A stretch of 40,467 nt of DNA. Source: Dialister sp. (GTDB taxonomy: Bacteria > Bacillota > Negativicutes > Veillonellales > Dialisteraceae). Positions 19,104-27,882 of this stretch are shown piece by piece (the first letter of the stretch is position 1; each line of letters starts with the position of its first letter). The stretch spans positions 1 to 40,467 of the forward strand of contig JAIIJA010000001.1 in NCBI GenBank assembly GCA_022743185.1. Reading direction: 5' to 3'. Both the position numbers and the translations under genes were made by a program. The notes under the pieces are model-generated. The model searched no databases, was not told the origin of the DNA, and saw only the letters and a program-made list of their open reading frames with translations.

Positions 19104-21301
19104 TGGCAAACACAAATCCTGATTTCACACAGCTGTCTCTGGGGGAACATCCACACTGCTCCTATGATGAGTGGAAGGAAAAGCTGGAAGCCAAGACCGG
19201 CAAAGGCTTTGATGCACTCTATGAACCGACCATGGAAAAGATCCCGGTCGCTCCCTTCTATACCAAAGATGTCTATGATGACTGCAATCATCTGGACTTC
19301 ATGAGCGGTATCCCGCCATTCCTTCGTGGACCGTACTCCACCATGTACGTTTTCCGTCCATGGACTGTTCGTCAGTACGCAGGCTTCTCCACTGCCGAAG
19401 AATCCAACGCATTCTACAAGAGAAACCTGGCAGCAGGTCAGAAGGGTCTGTCCATCGCATTCGACCTTCCGACCCACCGCGGCTACGATGCGGATAACCC
19501 GCGCGTTATCGGCGACGTAGGTAAAGCCGGCGTATCCGTATGCTCCATGCTTGATATGAACATCCTCTTCGACGGCATCCCGCTGGATCAGATGTCCGTA
19601 TCTATGACCATGAACGGCGCCGTTCTTCCGATCCTGGCATTCTTCATTTCCGCCGGCATCGAACAGGGCGTCGACAAGAAGATCCTTGCAGGTACCATTC
19701 AGAACGATATCCTGAAGGAATTCATGGTACGTAACACCTACATTTACCCACCGGCGATGTCCATGCGTATCATTGGTGATATTTTCGAATACACCACCAA
19801 GTACATGCCGAAGTTCAACTCCATTTCCATTTCCGGCTACCACATTCAGGAATGCGGTGCTACCTGCGATCTGGAAATCGGTTACACGCTGGCAGACGGC
19901 ATGGAATACATCCGCTGCGGCGAAAAAGCAGGTCTGCCGGTCGATGCATTCGCAAAGCGTCTGTCCTTCTTCTGGGATCAGGGCAAGAACTACTTCATGG
20001 AAGTCGCAAAGATGCGTGCAGCTCGTGTCCTCTGGGCAAAGATCCTCAAAGGCTTCGGCGCAAAGAATCCGAAATCCATGGCACTTCGTACCCACTCCCA
20101 GACCTCCGGCTGGTCCCTCACCGAACAGGATCCATTCAACAACATCGGCCGTACCTGTATGGAAGCTATGTCTGCAGCTCTCGGTCACACCCAGTCCCTG
20201 CATACCAACGCACTCGACGAAGCAATCGCTCTGCCGACCGACTTCTCTGCTCGTCTGGCTCGTAACACCCAGCTTTACATCCAGGATGAAACCAAAGTCT
20301 GCAAGATCATCGATCCATGGGGCGGCTCCTACTATGTGGAATACCTCACCAACGAGATCATCAAACGTGCATGGGCACACATTCAGGAAGTCGAAGCACT
20401 GGGCGGCATGTCCAAGGCTATCTCCACCGGCCTTCCGAAGATGCGTATCGAAGAATGCGCCGCTCGTCGTCAGGCAGATATCGACTCCGGCCGTGAAACC
20501 ATTGTCGGCCTGAACAAGTACAGACTGGCGAAGGAAGATCCGCTGAACGTTCTCTCCATCGATAACACCGCTGTACGTAACGCACAGATCAAACGTCTGG
20601 AAAAACTCAGAAGCATCCGCGATCCGGAAGCTGTCCGCCGCGATCTGGAAGCAATCACCAAGTGTGCAGAATCCCGTGACAACGGCAACCTTCTGGAAGC
20701 GGCTGTCCAGGCAGCACATGACCGTGCATCCCTTGGCGAAATCTCTGACGCTGTTGAAAAGGTATCCGGCCGCTTCAATGCAGTCATCCATACCATTTCC
20801 GGCGTATACTCCAATGAATTCGATGACACCTCCGAACTGGACGAAGCAAAGAAACTGGCTAACGAATTCGAAGCTCTCGAAGGCCGCCGCCCGCGTATCT
20901 TCCTCGCGAAGATGGGCCAGGATGGTCACGACAGAGGCCAGAAAGTCCTTGCTACCTCCTTCGCAGATATGGGCTGGGACGTCGACGTAGGCCCGCTCTT
21001 CCAGACTCCGGAAGAAGCGGCACAGGATGCCGTCGACAACGACGTTCATATGGTCGGCTTCTCTTCCCTGGCAGCAGGTCATAAGACCCTGCTCCCGGCT
21101 ATCGTCGAAGACCTGAAGAAACTCGGCCGTGAAGATATCCTCGTAGCTATCGGCGGCGTTATCCCGCCACAGGATTACGAATTCCTGTACGATCATGGTG
21201 CAGTTGCTATCTTCGGACCAGGCACCAACATTCCGAAATGCTGCATCAAGCTGCTCCAGATGCTCGTAGACCGTGCTAAGGAAGAAGCTAAGGCAGAATA
21301 A
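19103..21301 (+). CDS. mutB: Methylmalonyl-CoA mutase large/alpha catalytic subunit (MCM-2)
   Basis: [44 protein letters not shown]. Confidence 0.96.
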   Translation: MANTNPDFTQLSLGEHPHCSYDEWKEKLEAKTGKGFDALYEPTMEKIPVAPFYTKDVYDDCNHLDFMSGIPPFLRGPYSTMYVFRPWTVRQYAGFSTAEESNAFYKRNLAAGQKGLSIAFDLPTHRGYDADNPRVIGDVGKAGVSVCSMLDMNILFDGIPLDQMSVSMTMNGAVLPILAFFISAGIEQGVDKKILAGTIQNDILKEFMVRNTYIYPPAMSMRIIGDIFEYTTKYMPKFNSISISGYHIQECGATCDLEIGYTLADGMEYIRCGEKAGLPVDAFAKRLSFFWDQGKNYFMEVAKMRAARVLWAKILKGFGAKNPKSMALRTHSQTSGWSLTEQDPFNNIGRTCMEAMSAALGHTQSLHTNALDEAIALPTDFSARLARNTQLYIQDETKVCKIIDPWGGSYYVEYLTNEIIKRAWAHIQEVEALGGMSKAISTGLPKMRIEECAARRQADIDSGRETIVGLNKYRLAKEDPLNVLSIDNTAVRNAQIKRLEKLRSIRDPEAVRRDLEAITKCAESRDNGNLLEAAVQAAHDRASLGEISDAVEKVSGRFNAVIHTISGVYSNEFDDTSELDEAKKLANEFEALEGRRPRIFLAKMGQDGHDRGQKVLATSFADMGWDVDVGPLFQTPEEAAQDAVDNDVHMVGFSSLAAGHKTLLPAIVEDLKKLGREDILVAIGGVIPPQDYEFLYDHGAVAIFGPGTNIPKCCIKLLQMLVDRAKEEAKAE

Positions 21302-21347
21302 GGTCGCCTAACGTTTTCTGACACTGTCATTCAATGCGTATCGGCAA

Positions 21348-21420
21348 AGGGTTCAAGGTTCAGGGTTCAGGGGTTTACTGGAAATGGTGATACCCTAACC
21401 TGAACCCCGAACCCTGAACC
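21348..21420. repeat. Inverted heptamer (GGTTCAG/A) array hairpin
   Basis: gggttcaaggttcagggttcagggg ... cctaacctgaaccccgaaccctgaacc. Confidence 0.75.
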
Positions 21421-21699
21421 AATGACCATTTCGCAGCTGGAATAGTGACAGAAGCGTTTTAAAGAAATCTGATTTCTTGTCCTGCGCGGAGCCGAGGGCG
21501 ACCTCGGCTCCCTAGCAGGGCTTGCAATCTGCATCGAGTGATAGCCCGGAAAACAGAGAAATGGTGATGGATAGTCACCATGCCCGGTCACTATCACGAC
21601 CAATGAATCACGCTTGATACACATCATATTTTCATTTGGCAGTCCTCCTTTTCATGATCCATCTGCAGGGGGGAAGCCAGGAAAGGGAGGGTATGACAA

Positions 21700-22875
21700 A
21701 TGCCTGAAAACAATGATGATTTAAGACCCAGCTGGGTACCGGAAGAAAAAAATCCTGAATTTGCCTGCTCTGTCATGCGTGGGATAGATACCACGGCAAA
21801 CAGCATCACAGGGGCGAAGGAATACCCGGATGCTCCGCTTCGAAAAGTGCCGCTTCGTAAGAAAATGACCGTCGAACAGTACATCGACGGTGTGGCCAAA
21901 GGGGATCGTGTGACGCTGTCCAAGGCCATCACCTTGATCGAAAGCAATGCGCCGAAAGACTTTGACAAAGCGCAGCGCGTGCTGCAGGGACTTCTTCCTA
22001 GAACGGGCAAGGCTCTCCGTATCGGTATCACCGGTGTACCGGGAGCCGGCAAATCGACCTTCATCGAGTCCTTCGGTCAGATGCTCTGCCATCAGGGCTA
22101 CAAAGTCGCCGTCCTTGCCGTCGACCCGACCTCATCCATCACCGGCGGCTCTATCCTCGGGGATAAGACACGTATGCAGAACCTGTCTCGTGAACCAAAC
22201 TGCTTCATTCGACCCTCTCCATCCAAAGGCACTTTGGGCGGTGTCGCGAGAAAATCCCGCGAGACTATGCTCCTCTGCGAAGCTGCCGGCTGTGATGTCA
22301 TCCTCGTCGAGACCGTCGGCGTCGGTCAGTCGGAGACCACGGTCCGCTCCATGGTCGATTTCTTCATGCTCGTCGTACTGACAGGGGCCGGCGATGACCT
22401 CCAGGGCATCAAGAAGGGTATCATGGAGCTTGCTGATGCCATCGTTGTCAACAAAGCGGATGGGGATAACCTCGAGCGGGCCAAGGTCGCGCAGGGCGAG
22501 TATGAAAGAATGTGCGAATTCATCCGTCCGGCTACCGAAGGCTGGAAAACCCATGCTTACCGCTGCTCCGCGATCAAGAAAACAGGTCTTTTGGAGCTGT
22601 GGGCCGTCATGCGTGAATTTGAAAAGGTCACAAAGAAATCCGGCATTTTTGAAAACCGCAGACAGCGCCAGATCCTTGACTGGGTGAACAGCATGATCGA
22701 TGAACATCTGCATAATCTCTTCTTTGAAGATCCGCTCATCAAGAGCCGTCTGCCATCCGTTAAAGCGGCTGTCCTTGCGGGCGTCGTCTCCCCAAGTCAG
22801 GCCGTTACGGAGCTTATCCACTCCTTCGATATGGATCGCGCATCCATCAAGCATTTGGAAGAAACGGAAAAGTAA
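21700..22875 (+). CDS. meaB: MeaB/ArgK GTPase chaperone of MCM (copy 2, N-terminally extended)
   Basis: GITGVPGAGKS, GGSILGDKTRM, ETVGVGQSE, NKAD; SD gggagg. Confidence 0.95.
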   Translation: MPENNDDLRPSWVPEEKNPEFACSVMRGIDTTANSITGAKEYPDAPLRKVPLRKKMTVEQYIDGVAKGDRVTLSKAITLIESNAPKDFDKAQRVLQGLLPRTGKALRIGITGVPGAGKSTFIESFGQMLCHQGYKVAVLAVDPTSSITGGSILGDKTRMQNLSREPNCFIRPSPSKGTLGGVARKSRETMLLCEAAGCDVILVETVGVGQSETTVRSMVDFFMLVVLTGAGDDLQGIKKGIMELADAIVVNKADGDNLERAKVAQGEYERMCEFIRPATEGWKTHAYRCSAIKKTGLLELWAVMREFEKVTKKSGIFENRRQRQILDWVNSMIDEHLHNLFFEDPLIKSRLPSVKAAVLAGVVSPSQAVTELIHSFDMDRASIKHLEETEK

Positions 22876-22995
22876 AGAGCATCCGGCAGACTGGTGGCGG
22901 AGATCCCATGCAAGGATCGATTTCGTTTCTCATAGACTGGATCCTTTATCCGTTTCTGCCTATTTTACAAGCAACATACAAAGGAGAACTCCTAA

Positions 22996-23565
22996 TTGTT
23001 TACCAAAGATCTATACCTGGCCGGTGGGTCATTCCATGGGCTGCAGGAAGTGTTTTCCAGAATCTACGGTGTCGTAGATACCCAGGCGGGCTATGCGAAT
23101 AGCCGTATCGAATCTCCGACGAAGGAGCAGGTCGCCGATGGGAGCGCAGAGGCTGTGGAGTGCGTGAAGGTCACGTACAATCCGAAGAAAATCGACATCG
23201 GTATGCTCCTTAACGTATTCTTCACCATCATCAATCCTTACACCGATGGCATTCAGGGAAAATATGTCGGCCCGCAGTACCGAAGCGGGATCTACTACAC
23301 GAGCAAGGAGGATGTGCCGCAGATCAGCTACTTCCTCGTTTTCCTGCAGAATCGCGGTGTCGCTCATCAGATGACGGACAATGCTCTCGTTGTCAATGAA
23401 TTCGAAGGAGAAGGGAAGGTGCGCCCGAAGGTCAGGACAGAGATGAAAGAGCTTGTGAATTTCTATCCTGCGGACGAAGAGGAGCAGCACTATCTCAGAA
23501 GTCACCCGGATGCATATACCCCCATCGATATTCATTTGCTGGAAGAATTAAAAATCATACAGTAA
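22996..23565 (+). CDS. MsrA-fold protein lacking the catalytic cysteine
   Basis: LAGGSFHG in place of AGGCFWG; GYAN, GPQYRSGIYY, NFYPA retained; TTG start with aaggag SD. Confidence 0.8.
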   Translation: MFTKDLYLAGGSFHGLQEVFSRIYGVVDTQAGYANSRIESPTKEQVADGSAEAVECVKVTYNPKKIDIGMLLNVFFTIINPYTDGIQGKYVGPQYRSGIYYTSKEDVPQISYFLVFLQNRGVAHQMTDNALVVNEFEGEGKVRPKVRTEMKELVNFYPADEEEQHYLRSHPDAYTPIDIHLLEELKIIQ

Positions 23566-23612
23566 AAAGGAGCTGTGAAGAAATGAATCCGCATTTCTTC
23601 ACAGCCCTTTTT
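23566..23612 (+). terminator. Intrinsic terminator (repeated module)
   Basis: gctgtgaagaaatg-loop-catttcttcacagc plus T-run; near-identical copy at 40253-40300. Confidence 0.85.
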
Positions 23613-23625
23613 ACTTTGCTCTCAT

Positions 23626-24425
23626 TTGGTTCAGGGTTCAAGGTTCAGGGGTGAGGTGGCGCATTTTGTCATCCTGAGCGGAGAAAAAGGTCGTGTGTTA
23701 AAAAATGGCTTATCTGAAAATATGAGAACTGAGTCGAAGGATCTAAGTGCCGAGAAGTATAAAAACAGCCTTCCCCTCGAGGGGAAGGTGCCCCGAAGGG
23801 GCGGATAGGGCACTGGCGGTATGAAAGACAGTTGAAGAAAGTGGAGAGGTGCGCGGCACACGTGGGGAAAACGTGTGTCCCTGAGCCTCGAATAACAAAG
23901 ATTTCTCGCTTCGCTCGAAATGACGATACAGGGATGAGGATCATTCAACATCATTTTTTACCGCTATGGGGATCTATCCTCCGCCTTCGGCGCGCCCTTT
24001 CTTCAAGGGGCTACTCAGCTGTCATACAAATGCGCTGCCCCGCTGCCCCGAGCACCACCGATAAAGGCTACAAAATGAGAATACCGCTTCCCACGTATCG
24101 CAGCCTTCCCCTCTAGGGGAAGGTGCCCCGCAGGGGCGGATAGGGTGACTATGGCATGAAAGACAGCTGGGATAAGGTTTCCTGGCCACTCCTATGAGAG
24201 CTGCAAGTCCCCCGCGGCAGATGGAACGCGAAAATGAGATGATCGTTTCACATCGCCTTTTTTGGTCAGGGCTAGGGGAATGCTGATTCAATCTGACAAT
24301 GATGGGATCCGTGTTTCCTTGGCTCGTGGGCATGCTGTCCTTTGATTACGTTTGAAAGTTTCGCTTGAATGAGAAATGGTGGTGCCTCAAAGTAGTATTC
24401 AAGTCACCAGTCACTAGCCACCAGA
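23626..24425. repeat. Large mosaic intergenic repeat block
   Basis: Heptamer arrays, inverted CGTC-type REP pair, two CCTTCCCCTC palindrome copies (23767-23810, 24101-24145). Confidence 0.8.
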
Positions 24426-24469
24426 GGCTCCTCTCAATTTATTTTCTAAACGCATTCATGAATTTCTCA

Positions 24470-24498
24470 TTGACATGCATGCCAAATGGTGCTATCAT
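24470..24498 (+). promoter_or_regulatory. Sigma-A promoter of the tandem riboswitch transcript
   Basis: TTGACA-17 nt-TATCAT with TGn extension. Confidence 0.85.
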
Positions 24499-24511
24499 GT
24501 ACATAACCGAA

Positions 24512-24703
24512 TAAGAAAAGGTAAGTGCCTTAAAGGCTTAATAGGGAAGACCGGTGAAATGCCGGCACGGTCCCGCCACTGTAATGCAGAGCGAATCCAT
24601 AATGTCACTGAGAGATCGGGAAGACGGATAAGCGAGGAAGCAGAGTCAGGAGAACTGCTTATCTTGGATCACCGTTATGACCCACGAGCGATGGGAAGGG
24701 GAT
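24512..24703 (+). promoter_or_regulatory. Cobalamin riboswitch, tandem copy 1
   Basis: AATAGGGAAgaCCGGTGaaatgCCGG, CGGTCCCGCCACTGT, GGGAAG, GAGTCAGGAGAACTGC, CCCACGAGCGATGGG hairpin. Confidence 0.95.
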
Positions 24704-24716
24704 GTCTTTACAGATG

Positions 24717-24746
24717 TCTCTTTGCGTTCGTGCAAAGAGGTTTTTT
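24717..24746 (+). terminator. Attenuator terminator of riboswitch copy 1
   Basis: ctctttgc-gttcgt-gcaaagag-g-T6. Confidence 0.85.
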
Positions 24747-24778
24747 AATGGGGATTTCGGTACTTGAATAACTTCATA

Positions 24779-24974
24779 AGAAAACAGGTGCCCTGTAGGG
24801 CTTAATAGGGAAGACCGGTGAAAGACCGGCACGGTCCCGCCACTGTAATGCAGAGTGAATCCAACGAAGTCACTGATTTGAGGAGATCGGGAAGGCTGGA
24901 GGAGCGAGGAAGCAGAGTCAGGAGAACTGCCTGTTTTGTACAACCGTTTGACCTACGAGCGATAGGAAGGTGTG
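24779..24974 (+). promoter_or_regulatory. Cobalamin riboswitch, tandem copy 2
   Basis: AGGTGccc..gggcTTAATAGGGAAgaCCGGTGaaagaCCGG, CGGTCCCGCCACTGT, GGGAAGG, GAGTCAGGAGAACTGCC, CCTACGAGCGATAGG. Confidence 0.95.
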
Positions 24975-25004
24975 CTTGACTGCAAGTCCTTTTGACGTGC
25001 ATAT

Positions 25005-25039
25005 TCCACCCTTTTTCTATCCAAAAGGGTGGATTTTTT
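25005..25039 (+). terminator. Attenuator terminator of riboswitch copy 2
   Basis: tccaccctttt-loop-aaaagggtgga-T6. Confidence 0.85.
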
Positions 25040-25756
25040 GATTTCCTTCTGCGGCATGATGAGGATCAATGAAGCAGAGCCCCTTTTGCTGAGGATGGTG
25101 ACAGGGAACACTATTCTCCGAGTAGGTCAACGGAACTTCTCGCTTTTTCGCAAAGGCTGATGTCAGTAAAGATCTCCGAGCTTATCCGGAATCCGGCCTT
25201 GATGGCCCGGAGCATCCCTGTATGTGGATATCAGCGATACTATCGATGTAATGCCTTCGGGCTTTACATATACCTGTGGGGATTTTTCTCCATGGTTCAT
25301 CTCCTTTCCGGTGATGGTCATAAAGAAATTTCATTTCTTTTGGGAAAATGATCATCACCACCCCTTCTACGAATACTTCTTCGGAAGTGACTATATATGA
25401 TGTATTCCTCAGTATCTGAGGTTTACATATACCTGTGGGGTTTTCGTTCCCCATGGTTCATCTCCCTTCAGCGATGGTTTCAACAGGGAAATGGAATCAT
25501 CGCCCCCCTTTTACAGATCCTTCCCTTAGGGAAGTTCCTATAGGAGGATATTTCCTCCACTCTTGGCCGGCCTATCCGGCTGACTCGACCTCCTTGGGAC
25601 GTTATTGTCCTTCTGTCAGGATGGCATCAGGGAATGCCATCCTGGCTCCCTCTCTTTGGTAATAACTTTCTACGAAAGCTATTATACAGGTTCTCATTAC
25701 GGAGCCCAACCAGCTCCAACCCCTTTGGAAGCGGCGCATGTCGCTTCTCTTTTTTT
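25040..25756 (+). ncRNA. Candidate B12-regulated structured non-coding RNA with repeated modules
   Basis: No credible + strand ORF; two ~150-nt structural repeats (25245-25395, 25399-25542), four GAUGG..GGGAA hairpins, cUUCGg tetraloops and G-U pairs all favour the + strand; ends at terminator 25727-25756. Confidence 0.65.
25727..25756 (+). terminator. Intrinsic terminator closing the candidate ncRNA
   Basis: ggaagcggc-gcat-gtcgcttct followed by c-T7. Confidence 0.8.
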
Positions 25757-25868
25757 ATGCCAGATGGTATGAGTGACGCTCATGTAGTGTGGCTCCTCTC
25801 AAAATGAGAAAATGGTGGTGCGGCGCTGACTTCATAAAGCGCCGCACCACCACTTCTCACTCCTCACT

Positions 25869-25895
25869 AAAAAAAGCAGCCTGGGGCTGCTTTTT
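25869..25895 (-). terminator. Terminator of the HAD gene (symmetric A/T tracts)
   Basis: aaaaaagcagcc-tgg-ggctgcttttt abutting the stop codon. Confidence 0.8.
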
Positions 25896-26656
25896 CAAAT
25901 CCATCCAAACCGCCTGCATGCTTCATAGATGCCGTCTTCATCGGCCCGGCTGGTGATGTACTTGGCTTTTTCCTTGAGCTGTGGCTTGGCATTTCCCATG
26001 GCGATGGAGAACCATTCGGGGCGGAACATGGTGCGGTCATTCATGCCGTCGCCAAAGACAACGATGTCTTCATCCGGAATGGCGAAGCGGCGCTGAAGCT
26101 CCTTGATGCCGTGCTCCTTATGGATAGGCTCGATGAGCATGGTATCCGCACGGAACCAGACGTGAGGGAGTGGGCCCAAGGGGATCTCCGCTTCCTCCTG
26201 CTTGCTGCAGGCGATGAAGATCTTGTGGATGACGGAGGCAGTGTGAAAATCAAAAGCGGGGTCCACTTCCGTCTTGTAGTAGCGGTCTTTCACCTTCTCA
26301 AGGTAGCTGTCCGTAGTCGTGATGCGGTATTTCTCATTTCTGATCGCAAGCGCCCAGGGATGCTTCTCGCCGTCGATGGCAGAGAGCATCGCGAAGCAGT
26401 CTTCAAGTGCAAGACCTTCATCATAAAGGATCTTGCCGTCTATGGTGACCGCATTTCCTCCATCGGAGACAGCGGCTGTGATGCCAAGGTCACACGCGAC
26501 CTGCCAGGCATCTGCCTGAATGCGTCCGGTCGCAAGCGAGACGAAGTGCCCTGCCTTTTGGAGGCGTCGGATGGCTTCTCTTGTGCTGTCGGGATAGTCG
26601 GCAGTAAGCGGCGTGGTCAGCGTGCCGTCGATATCAAAGAAAAAGTATTTCTTCAT
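25895..26656 (-). CDS. Cof-type HAD-IIB phosphatase
   Basis: FFDIDGTL, LATGR, FGDGMND, AMGNA motifs; SD aaggagg. Confidence 0.92.
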   Translation of the reverse strand: MKKYFFFDIDGTLTTPLTADYPDSTREAIRRLQKAGHFVSLATGRIQADAWQVACDLGITAAVSDGGNAVTIDGKILYDEGLALEDCFAMLSAIDGEKHPWALAIRNEKYRITTTDSYLEKVKDRYYKTEVDPAFDFHTASVIHKIFIACSKQEEAEIPLGPLPHVWFRADTMLIEPIHKEHGIKELQRRFAIPDEDIVVFGDGMNDRTMFRPEWFSIAMGNAKPQLKEKAKYITSRADEDGIYEACRRFGWI

Positions 26657-26686
26657 AGGGCCTCCTTGGAGAATCATTTTCTTTCA

Positions 26687-27556
26687 TTATACTACATGTT
26701 TCCTGTTCCCCAGCCAGATCCCGAAAAGGATCATGACGATGCCGATGATCTGCGGGACGGAGATCGATTCGCCGAGAAGCAGGAAGGAGAAGAAGAGGGC
26801 GGCGGGGAGCTCGCTGGCAGCGAGAAGACTGCCGAGGCCAGGGGAGATGTGCGGCATCCCGCTGCTAAAGAGGAGCGGCGGGAGGAAGACACCGAAGAGG
26901 GTGAGGGGAATTCCGTAGGGAAGGATAGAGGCAAAATGCGCGGGCGATACCGGAAGGTCGGGCGGCAGAAAGAGGAGAACCATCACGAGCGCGCCGCTTA
27001 CCATGAGGGCGCTTTTGGTGATGGGATGGATGCCTCGCCCGATGCGGTTCATGCAGAGAAGGCCGGTGGTGTAGGAAATCGCGGCAGCAAATCCCCAAAG
27101 CATGCCGGCGGAGAGGGGAAAGGCGGCAGCGCTTCCGATCACGCCCGCAGCCAGTACAGTACCTGCGAGGACGATCGCGATGGAAAGGAGACGGAGGCGG
27201 GTGGGCTTCTCCCGTCGGATCACGCACTCGGCGAGCGTGCCGAGCCAGATGGACTGGAAAAGGAAGATGACGGCGAGCGAAGCAGGCAGGGTCTCCAGCG
27301 CGTGGTTGTAGAGCATGGTGGTGCCTGAGAGCGGAATACCGGTCAGGAGAAAGGCCAATGCGGTCTTTTTCGCGGGGAATCTCCGCACGCGGAGAAGCCA
27401 GATGGTCCAGAGCAGAAGAAATCCAAGAAAATACTGGATGGAAGAGACGTCATTGATAGAAAAGCCCGACCGATAGGAGAGCTTGACGAGTGTGGAAATG
27501 ATACCATAGGAAGCGCCGCCGCCCAAAACGAGTGCGGCATAAAATGTTTGTGACAT
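26687..27556 (-). CDS. EamA/DMT-family transporter
   Basis: About 10 TM helices in two repeats; SELPAA..F..LLLGE motif; SD aaggag before MSQTF. Confidence 0.85.
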   Translation of the reverse strand: MSQTFYAALVLGGGASYGIISTLVKLSYRSGFSINDVSSIQYFLGFLLLWTIWLLRVRRFPAKKTALAFLLTGIPLSGTTMLYNHALETLPASLAVIFLFQSIWLGTLAECVIRREKPTRLRLLSIAIVLAGTVLAAGVIGSAAAFPLSAGMLWGFAAAISYTTGLLCMNRIGRGIHPITKSALMVSGALVMVLLFLPPDLPVSPAHFASILPYGIPLTLFGVFLPPLLFSSGMPHISPGLGSLLAASELPAALFFSFLLLGESISVPQIIGIVMILFGIWLGNRKHVV

Positions 27557-27733
27557 AGATGGGTGACTCCTTTTGTATGTCCCTATTATAGCATGAGAGA
27601 AGGGGCTGGGGACCGGGGAAACACGGCGTCCTCGCTGGTGGCATCTTCTGCGCTTCCCCTCTTCATATAGCCGTTCTTGCAACTGGAAAAAGCTAAAGCC
27701 TTTTTTATTGTCGACTATAGTGATAGAAATAAA

Positions 27734-27762
27734 TTGACAATTTACCGCGCTATCGATACAAT
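27734..27762 (+). promoter_or_regulatory. Sigma-A promoter of the ecf operon
   Basis: TTGACA-17 nt-TACAAT. Confidence 0.75.
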
Positions 27763-27882
27763 ATAAATTGACTATGAAGAACCATATTTGTTATTATTAA
27801 ATATCATTGTTATCCCGGTTAGCAGCAGGTGGCGGGGAGGATCTCTGTCCGCTTCCTGTTTTACTCTAAGGAAAGAGGACAT

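Noticed and set aside
7307..21196. Long antisense ORFs (e.g. 7307-8989, 9281-10990, 12956-14581, 17301-19115, 19055-21196)
   Set aside because: Shadow frames of strongly codon-biased sense genes; no motifs or RBS
23026..23037. Selenocysteine MsrA
   Set aside because: The codon is TCA (Ser), not TGA, and other active-site residues are also changed
25245..25542. CRISPR array or type III toxin-antitoxin repeat array
   Set aside because: Only two long imperfect units, no identical repeats with unique spacers, and no cas or toxin gene nearby
25091..25644. EutX-type ANTAR dual-hairpin sites
   Set aside because: Hairpins are far apart and lack the closely spaced hexaloop pair; no eut genes in the window
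25160..25662. ORFs 25160-25351 and 25435-25662 (+) as the riboswitch-controlled gene
   Set aside because: No SD, atypical codon use, and the repeats do not keep a consistent reading frame
25245..25680. Glycine riboswitch or T-box on the minus strand
   Set aside because: Only fragments resemble them (gctgaagg, caggt); no full consensus or T-box UGGNACC antiterminator, and G-U pairs and UUCG loops favour the + strand
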